Positions 50,360 through 55,954 of a stretch of 55,954 nucleotides of DNA are shown here, one piece after another (position 1 is the stretch's first letter; every line of letters begins with the position of its first letter). The position numbers and the translations under genes are program-made. The stretch spans positions 1 through 55,954 of the forward strand of contig CADBUF010000070.1 of NCBI GenBank assembly GCA_902797795.1, read 5' to 3'. This DNA is from an uncultured Erysipelotrichaceae bacterium (GTDB taxonomy: Bacteria > Bacillota_I > Bacilli_A > RFN20 > CAG-826). Below the pieces are notes generated by a model that had not been told where the DNA came from, did no database searches, and worked only from the letters and a program-made list of their open reading frames with translations.

Positions 50360-51925
50360 CTATTTTTTCTTGGCGCTTCTATTAGTAAGTACAGTAGTAA
50401 GGATTGTTTGAAGGATGGTGAAAACTGCACCAACAAACCAGTAGATACCCATTGCACTAACAAGTGAGAATCCCATGAATATAATTAAGGCGAGCATAAC
50501 ATAGGTAAAGATCTTCATTGTTCTATTTTGAGATTTTTGAGCAGGGTTCTTTCCTAATTTAGCTACTTTTTTAGCCTTTGCTTTTTGAATCCATTGAGGT
50601 AAAAGCATACTAATGGTTTGAGTTCCTGCCATTAATAAGAAGAGAATGAAGGCAGTTACTGCAGAGTAATTACCAGCAGGACCCCAGTTAGAGCCGATAA
50701 AGAGGATATCTTTGATACCTAAATCAAGTCTCATTCCTAATAGTGTGCCGTTAGTAATTGCGCTCGCGCCACTTAAAGCACCCCAAACACAAATGAAGAT
50801 TGGGAATTGGAGAATCATTATAAGAATACTGGTAAATGGATTAACTTTATTCTTCTTATACAAACGATTCATTTCTTCAGCCATACGCTGCTTTTCAGCA
50901 TATGACGTATTTGCGTTCGGATATTTGTTTTGAATCTTTTGAATTTCAGGCTGTAATTCTGTCATCTTTGCCGTGCTCTTGGTTTGCTTAAATGTGATTA
51001 ATAACATTAATGAACGAATAATAAGAGTGACAAAGACGATTCCCCAGAAAGCACTCCATCCAGAAGAGGCAACACCTCTAAAGCCGGAAACAATGTTATC
51101 AATTAACCAACCCATTGGCCAAACAAGGAGGCCTTCAAAGAATCCTTTAGACCAAGCATAACCCCAACTCTTCGCGTTGATATAGACACCTTCGGTGCTA
51201 TAACCGTAAGTTCCATATTTATCTTCTTTTGTTGTTAAACAAGTACGATAAACACTAGCTTTGCTATAAACAGCAGAAGTATAGGCGGCGATAAAATCGT
51301 ATTTAGGACATTTGTCAGACTCCACAACCGCTCTTACACGAGCATCGAGACTATCAAAGTTGTCCCACATTTTTCCGTTTTCACCAGAAATGTATTTCAA
51401 GAAACAGTATTTTTCACACACACGATCAAATTGAGCGTGAGCGTAACTCTTTTCACCATTTGGATAATCAGCAATATCAATAGTGAGATCAGTGCTATTG
51501 ATTGTTTGAGCATAATAGAAGAGGACATCTTCTAAAAAATATCGGTCATAAAGTCTAAAATACTCTACTGTGTTTTGGTTAACAGAGGAAAAACCATTTT
51601 CTCTAACTGCAGAAATAACTTCGTTTAAAGTACTAACACGAAGATATTGTCCTTTTGTTTCATCAGCAAAGTGGAAACACGCAGTAGCAGTAACCCACTC
51701 CGCAACGACTGGTTTACAGTGTTTGAGCGTTACTTTCCACCCATTTCTATTGAATTCAAGATCAGGGGCGGTCTCATCTGCTTCATAATATGTGATACCT
51801 GGATCAAAGGCGCACATGATACGTGCAGTGTCGACAGGAGAACAGAAAGATTGAGTACAGCTGGTTAAAGCAACAACACCAAGGAAAAGTGTTGCACCTA
51901 ACCCAATTTTTGTTCTTTTTTTCAT
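50360..51925 (-). CDS. yidC: Membrane protein insertase YidC, lipoprotein form with a large extracytoplasmic insertion
   Basis: Lipobox LTSC; LIIRSL, LQPEIQKIQ.KY, LYKK..VNP, QFPIF, IYW; located between rnpA and jag. Confidence 0.92.
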   Translation of the reverse strand: MKKRTKIGLGATLFLGVVALTSCTQSFCSPVDTARIMCAFDPGITYYEADETAPDLEFNRNGWKVTLKHCKPVVAEWVTATACFHFADETKGQYLRVSTLNEVISAVRENGFSSVNQNTVEYFRLYDRYFLEDVLFYYAQTINSTDLTIDIADYPNGEKSYAHAQFDRVCEKYCFLKYISGENGKMWDNFDSLDARVRAVVESDKCPKYDFIAAYTSAVYSKASVYRTCLTTKEDKYGTYGYSTEGVYINAKSWGYAWSKGFFEGLLVWPMGWLIDNIVSGFRGVASSGWSAFWGIVFVTLIIRSLMLLITFKQTKSTAKMTELQPEIQKIQNKYPNANTSYAEKQRMAEEMNRLYKKNKVNPFTSILIMILQFPIFICVWGALSGASAITNGTLLGMRLDLGIKDILFIGSNWGPAGNYSAVTAFILFLLMAGTQTISMLLPQWIQKAKAKKVAKLGKNPAQKSQNRTMKIFTYVMLALIIFMGFSLVSAMGIYWFVGAVFTILQTILTTVLTNRSAKKK

Positions 51926-52257
51926 TTAGTAATTCCTATCTTACTTAACAAGATGTTAAGTATAATTTTGTTGTTCTCGAAGGATGAATTCAAAAATTCT
52001 TCTTTTACCACGATTACAACATCGATTGTGTGAGATGAATAATCGATTAACGAGTCACACATAGCTCGTGTTTGTCTTTTGATACGGTTACGCGTTACAG
52101 CGTTACCAATTCGTTTTGAGACACTAAGCCCTATTCGGCAAACAGAAAGTTCGTTAGGTAGGTAATGAACTATATAGGGGGTCTCTTTGAGAGTTCTACC
52201 TTTTCTAACCGCATTTACAAATTCTTCATTTCTTTTGATACGGTTAATTACTTTCAT
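51922..52257 (-). CDS. rnpA: Ribonuclease P protein component
   Basis: RIGLSVSKRIGNAVTRNRIKR. Confidence 0.95.
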   Translation of the reverse strand: MKVINRIKRNEEFVNAVRKGRTLKETPYIVHYLPNELSVCRIGLSVSKRIGNAVTRNRIKRQTRAMCDSLIDYSSHTIDVVIVVKEEFLNSSFENNKIILNILLSKIGITK

Positions 52258-52297
52258 TTCTAAAAACCCTCAAATGGATAAAGTGAAATACTAAAAA

Positions 52298-52432
52298 TTA
52301 GGCAGCTAAGCGTTTGCGGCCTTTAGCTCTTCTTCTAGCTAAAACATTTCTTCCGTTAGCGGATTTCATTCTAGCTCTGAAGCCAGCTTTGTGAGCATGC
52401 TTCACTTTACTTGGTTGATATGTTCTTTTCAT
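52298..52432 (-). CDS. rpmH: 50S ribosomal protein L34 (not in the ORF track)
   Basis: Manual translation [44 protein letters not shown]; GGAGG SD. Confidence 0.97.
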   Translation of the reverse strand: MKRTYQPSKVKHAHKAGFRARMKSANGRNVLARRRAKGRKRLAA

Positions 52433-52464
52433 GATACGTATTCCTCCAATTTTACGCATTAAAG

Positions 52465-52494
52465 ATTATAAATGTATTTATAAAGAATTGTCAA
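52465..52494 (-). promoter_or_regulatory. Consensus sigma-A promoter of the rpmH operon
   Basis: TTGACA-18-TATAAT on the minus strand. Confidence 0.8.
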
Positions 52495-52554
52495 AGAATT
52501 GTGTGCGTATAAGCACAAAAGTGTAGACACTGACCAGAATGAAAAACAGCAAAT

Positions 52555-52876
52555 TGTGAAATCCACAAAATTAAAATTATTTAAGAAATATGACTTTTAG
52601 CCAAAAAAAGTTATCCACATAAAAATATGGTAATCAAATATAAAAAAGTAGGGTAATAAGAATGAACAATGTTCATTCATATAGATTTCTTTAAACTACA
52701 TTAAAAATTATCCACTTTTGTACACACTTTCCACACACTTTCCACATTCAATCCACATTTCAAAATTGTGGAAAACTCTTTTAAAACACTATAGTAATTT
52801 TTTCCCATAAAGAGTATGTGGAAAACTAAAATTGCCCAATTTTTCAATTAAAAATAACGCGCGGATAAAGTATAAT
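52555..52876. other. oriC: oriC part 1: DnaA-box cluster upstream of dnaA
   Basis: TTATCCACA 52611, TTATCCACT 52708, CTTTCCACA 52727 and 52738, CAATCCACA 52749, TGTGGAAAA 52767 and 52817; TATAAT 52871. Confidence 0.88.
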
Positions 52877-52903
52877 TTTTTCACACTCTTGGGGGTACTT
52901 GAT

Positions 52904-54283
52904 ATGGTTATGACGGTTACTGAAATGACAAAATTATGGACTAACGTGTTGAAGTTAGTTCAAACAAGAATTAACGATGCTCATACCTTTGAAACATTCT
53001 TCTCAAATTCCTATATTTATGACCGTCAAGGTAACAAATTATATGTCGTAGTCCACAATCAAGTTAGCAAAGTTGTCATCCCAACAAAATATGGTGATCT
53101 TGTTTTAGATTGTTTAAACGATGTTCAAGATGAGAATTATGAAATCGAATATATCATCGAAGAAGATATAGAGAAAAACAGAAAAGAATCAAGTGCTGCT
53201 CCAGTATCTAGAGATAAAGAAGATGTGAGCTTTGATAACAATAAAATTAATCCTGAGCTAAAATTTTCTAATTTCGTCGTTGGTGAATTTAACAAAGACG
53301 CCCATAAAGCAGCGTTATATGTTGCTAGAAACGGTGGAACGCTTTTTAATCCACTTTTTATCTATTCAAATTCTGGTCTAGGCAAAACCCATTTGTTACA
53401 CGCAATTGGAAACGACATCAAAGAGAACAGAATGCCAAATGCAAAAATACTTTATATCTCAGCGTATGACTTTGTTGAAAAATACATAAAATATGTCAGA
53501 GCAGAAAAAGACGCCAAGATGATAAAAGACTTCTTTAAAGGCGTTGATGTGCTTCTTTTTGACGATGTTCAATTTTTGGCAGAGAAGGTTAAAACTGAAG
53601 AGATGTTCTTCTACGTTTACCAAGACTTAATCAATAACGGAAAACGCATCATCATCACTTCAGATAGACAGCCTAACGAATTGAAGGGTTTAGAAGATAG
53701 ACTCATCACCAGATTCACCCAAGGCTTAACAGTGAAAATTAATGATCCAGACATCGATACTTGTGTTGAAATTCTCAAACAAAAAATTGTCGGTTCTGGT
53801 ATGAAAATTGAAAAATTTGACGCAAATGTTATATATTTTCTAGCAGAAAAATTTTCTCGTAATGTTAGAGAACTTGAGGGAGCACTCAATTCTTTAATGT
53901 TCTCTTGCCTCAATTTATTAGACGAACAAAAGATTACAATGGATGTTGCAATCAAGGCTGTTTCCTCGATTAAAGGTGGCAAAAAAATCGCTACTCAACT
54001 TAATGAACAAAAGATTGTAAATGTTGTTGCGGATTACTATAATTTGACTCCTTCACAAATCACAGGGAAGGATAGAAATGGTCAGATAGTTTTAGCTCGA
54101 CACATCGCTATGTATTTGATTAGAAAACACTTAGATGTTCCTTTAAAGAAAATTGGCGAGATGTTCGGTGGCAAAGATCATACAACTGTTATGAACGCAC
54201 TTACCAAGGTGGATAAAGAGTTGAAAACTAATATACAATTACAAGACGCTATAAACGACTTAGAAAAGAGAATATCTAAATAA
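52904..54283 (+). CDS. dnaA: Chromosomal replication initiator DnaA
   Basis: FNPLFIY..SGLGKTHL, DDVQF, NVRELEGA, GGKDHTTV; ATG 52904 after GGGGGT. Confidence 0.97.
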   Translation: MVMTVTEMTKLWTNVLKLVQTRINDAHTFETFFSNSYIYDRQGNKLYVVVHNQVSKVVIPTKYGDLVLDCLNDVQDENYEIEYIIEEDIEKNRKESSAAPVSRDKEDVSFDNNKINPELKFSNFVVGEFNKDAHKAALYVARNGGTLFNPLFIYSNSGLGKTHLLHAIGNDIKENRMPNAKILYISAYDFVEKYIKYVRAEKDAKMIKDFFKGVDVLLFDDVQFLAEKVKTEEMFFYVYQDLINNGKRIIITSDRQPNELKGLEDRLITRFTQGLTVKINDPDIDTCVEILKQKIVGSGMKIEKFDANVIYFLAEKFSRNVRELEGALNSLMFSCLNLLDEQKITMDVAIKAVSSIKGGKKIATQLNEQKIVNVVADYYNLTPSQITGKDRNGQIVLARHIAMYLIRKHLDVPLKKIGEMFGGKDHTTVMNALTKVDKELKTNIQLQDAINDLEKRISK

Positions 54284-54353
54284 TTTATTTAAAAAATAAA
54301 TGTTAGAGTATTAAACACTATGTTAGAATAAATTAAAGGCTTGCGCTAAGGAG

Positions 54354-54410
54354 TTATCCACATATCCACAGGCGTAATAATAATTATTAATAATTAAATA
54401 TAATAAAAAA
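54354..54410. other. oriC: oriC part 2: tandem DnaA boxes, GC spacer, DnaA-trio-like/AT-rich unwinding element
   Basis: TTATCCACA-TATCCACA-GGCG-TAATAATAATTATTAATAATT, same layout as the B. subtilis incC unwinding region. Confidence 0.85.
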
Positions 54411-54424
54411 GAAGGTAAATCTAA

Positions 54425-55549
54425 ATGAGATTTGTAATTAAACGAGACGAATTCCTAAAAGCTTTGCTTATAGCAGGTAGAGCGGTTAACTCCAAAAATA
54501 GTGCTGTACCAGTATTAGCGAATTTAAAATTAGAACTTAGCGATAACGGTTTAGCTATTACAGGTAGTAATTATGAACTAACTATTAAAACCACTGTTCC
54601 ATTTTCACTAAATGATGAAGAAATCATTAGAAATGTTCAAGAAGGAACAACTTTAGTTAATGCCAAAATCATTACAGATATGGCAAGAAAGATTGATGCT
54701 GAAGAAATTAATTTTGAAGTAATTGATTCCACTATTGCTGTTATTACAGCAGGTAAAATTAAGTATAACCTAAATTGCATCAAAGCAAATGAATATCCAG
54801 ATGTTGACTTAGAACCAACAGGCATCCAAATCAATTTAACTAGATTAGAATTCTCATCAATCGTATCTCAAACAGCTTTTGCTGCTTCTTTAAAAGAGCA
54901 GCGTCCTATTTTAACTGCTGTTAATTTAGAAGCTTCAAATGGTGTATTAACAGCTACTACTACCGATAGTGCGCGTTTAGCTAGAAAACAAATCCCAGTT
55001 TCTACCGATTTACAATTCTCCGCTAATGTTCCGGCTAAAATGATGGTGGAAATCGATCACCTTTTAGAAGGATCAGAATCTTTGAAGATTGCCCTTAGTG
55101 ATAAAAAAGCTTTATTTAGCTTTGATAACACCGTGATAGCGACACGTTTGATTGCTGGTGAATATCCTAACACTAAAAACATTGTTCCACGCATTACAAA
55201 CTACTCTTTAGAAGTTAATGCTGCAGATTTCTTAAAAGCTATCGATCGTGTCAATATTCTATCGATTGATAGAGAAAACGTTGTTGACCTATATTTAGAT
55301 GAAGACACTGTTGAAATCAGCGCCAAATCAACTCAAGTTGGTTCTGCTACTGAAAAAATTGAAACATTCAAATTTGTTGGAAATAACCTACAAATCTCTT
55401 TCAATAGTGAATTTGTTTCATCTGCAATTAGGGCTCTTGGAAGCGAAGATGTGACATTCTTGTTTGTTGGGGAAATGAAACCATTTGTTATTAAAAATCC
55501 TAACGATGAATCTATCATCCAAATCGTTACTCCTGTGAGAACTTATTAA
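54425..55549 (+). CDS. dnaN: DNA polymerase III beta sliding clamp
   Basis: PVLAN, EYPD, RPILTAV, TDSARLA, RLIAGEYP, C-terminal PVR. Confidence 0.97.
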   Translation: MRFVIKRDEFLKALLIAGRAVNSKNSAVPVLANLKLELSDNGLAITGSNYELTIKTTVPFSLNDEEIIRNVQEGTTLVNAKIITDMARKIDAEEINFEVIDSTIAVITAGKIKYNLNCIKANEYPDVDLEPTGIQINLTRLEFSSIVSQTAFAASLKEQRPILTAVNLEASNGVLTATTTDSARLARKQIPVSTDLQFSANVPAKMMVEIDHLLEGSESLKIALSDKKALFSFDNTVIATRLIAGEYPNTKNIVPRITNYSLEVNAADFLKAIDRVNILSIDRENVVDLYLDEDTVEISAKSTQVGSATEKIETFKFVGNNLQISFNSEFVSSAIRALGSEDVTFLFVGEMKPFVIKNPNDESIIQIVTPVRTY

Positions 55550-55571
55550 TTAACAAAACAAGCGATTTAAG

Positions 55572-55599
55572 AGGCGTTCTAGTAGCGCCTTTTATTTTT
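55572..55599 (+). terminator. Intrinsic terminator after dnaN
   Basis: AGGCGTT-ctagt-AGCGCCT followed by T-rich tract. Confidence 0.7.
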
Positions 55600-55739
55600 G
55601 TATATTTTTGATTTATCAAACTTCTATTGGCTGTTTTTGCGCCTTAAAAATAGGTATTTATCAACTATATTCAATATATGGAATATTATTATTCCATTTA
55701 AACATTATATCGTGTATAATACACATAGAGTGCGTAACC

Positions 55740-55954
55740 ATGGCTAAAAAAGAGATTAAAATCCGTGATGATGAAGAATACATTACCTTAAATGTTCTTC
55801 TTAAAATCGCTGATGTCATTCCTACTGGTGGGATGGCCAAGATCTTTTTAGCGGAAAACGATGTATTCGTCAACGGAGAGAAAGAAAACCGTCGAGGTCG
55901 AAAATTATATCGAGGCGATATTGTTAAGGCAAATAAAGCGGAATTCTTGATTAA
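55740..55954 (+). CDS. yaaA: S4-domain protein YaaA, runs off the window end (not in the ORF track)
   Basis: Manual translation MAKKEIKIRDDEEYITLNVLLK..DVIPTGGMAK.FL...V.VNGEKENRRGRKLY.GD. Confidence 0.92.
   Translation, partial: MAKKEIKIRDDEEYITLNVLLKIADVIPTGGMAKIFLAENDVFVNGEKENRRGRKLYRGDIVKANKAEFLI

Noticed and set aside
52715-52760. Short CCACA repeats as a CRISPR or satellite array
   Set aside because: 9-mers at 11-bp spacing matching DnaA boxes; no spacers and no cas genes.
1-55954. Mollicute genetic code 4 (TGA=Trp), suggested by low GC and reduced gene content
   Set aside because: Genes end cleanly at TGA (gpsA, tsaC, secG), conserved ORFs are uninterrupted under code 11, and prfB is present.

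Overview
AT-rich, genetic-code-11 chromosomal segment of a Firmicute. The gene content, truncated GlmU and acidic lipoproteins suggest an uncultured gut Bacilli lineage such as RFN20/RF39 or Erysipelotrichales-like; this is inference. The right end holds the replication origin: rpmH-oriC-dnaA-oriC-dnaN-yaaA, with DnaA boxes and a DnaA-trio-like unwinding element. Most of the window is housekeeping: rnpA-yidC-jag-mnmE-tatD-rnmV-rsmA-ispE-glmU, dnaX-ybaB-recR-tmk-holB-ricT-rsmI-typA, prfA-prmC-tsaC-rpiB and comFA-comFC-secA-prfB-yitT-uvrB. Interspersed are a TetR/ABC exporter, an ATP-grasp/GrpB/RimK/RluA operon, a DUF1538 + two PII-like module, a two-component system and three large lipoproteins. 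I saw no tRNA, rRNA, CRISPR array or transposase. The best novelty candidate is a ~0.55 kb segment between rpiB and comFA. It carries an orphan basic 107-aa PemK/MazF-like ORF and a convergent, strand-specific ~50-nt hairpin RNA with its own promoter candidate and U-tail, which could be an RNA-antitoxin module. The adjacent comFA appears to start at ATA. Other notable signals are an E. coli-like A_AAA_AAG_AGT_GA -1 frameshift site in dnaX, the prfB +1 frameshift, two divergent promoters sharing one palindromic -35, and several leaderless-type gene starts.
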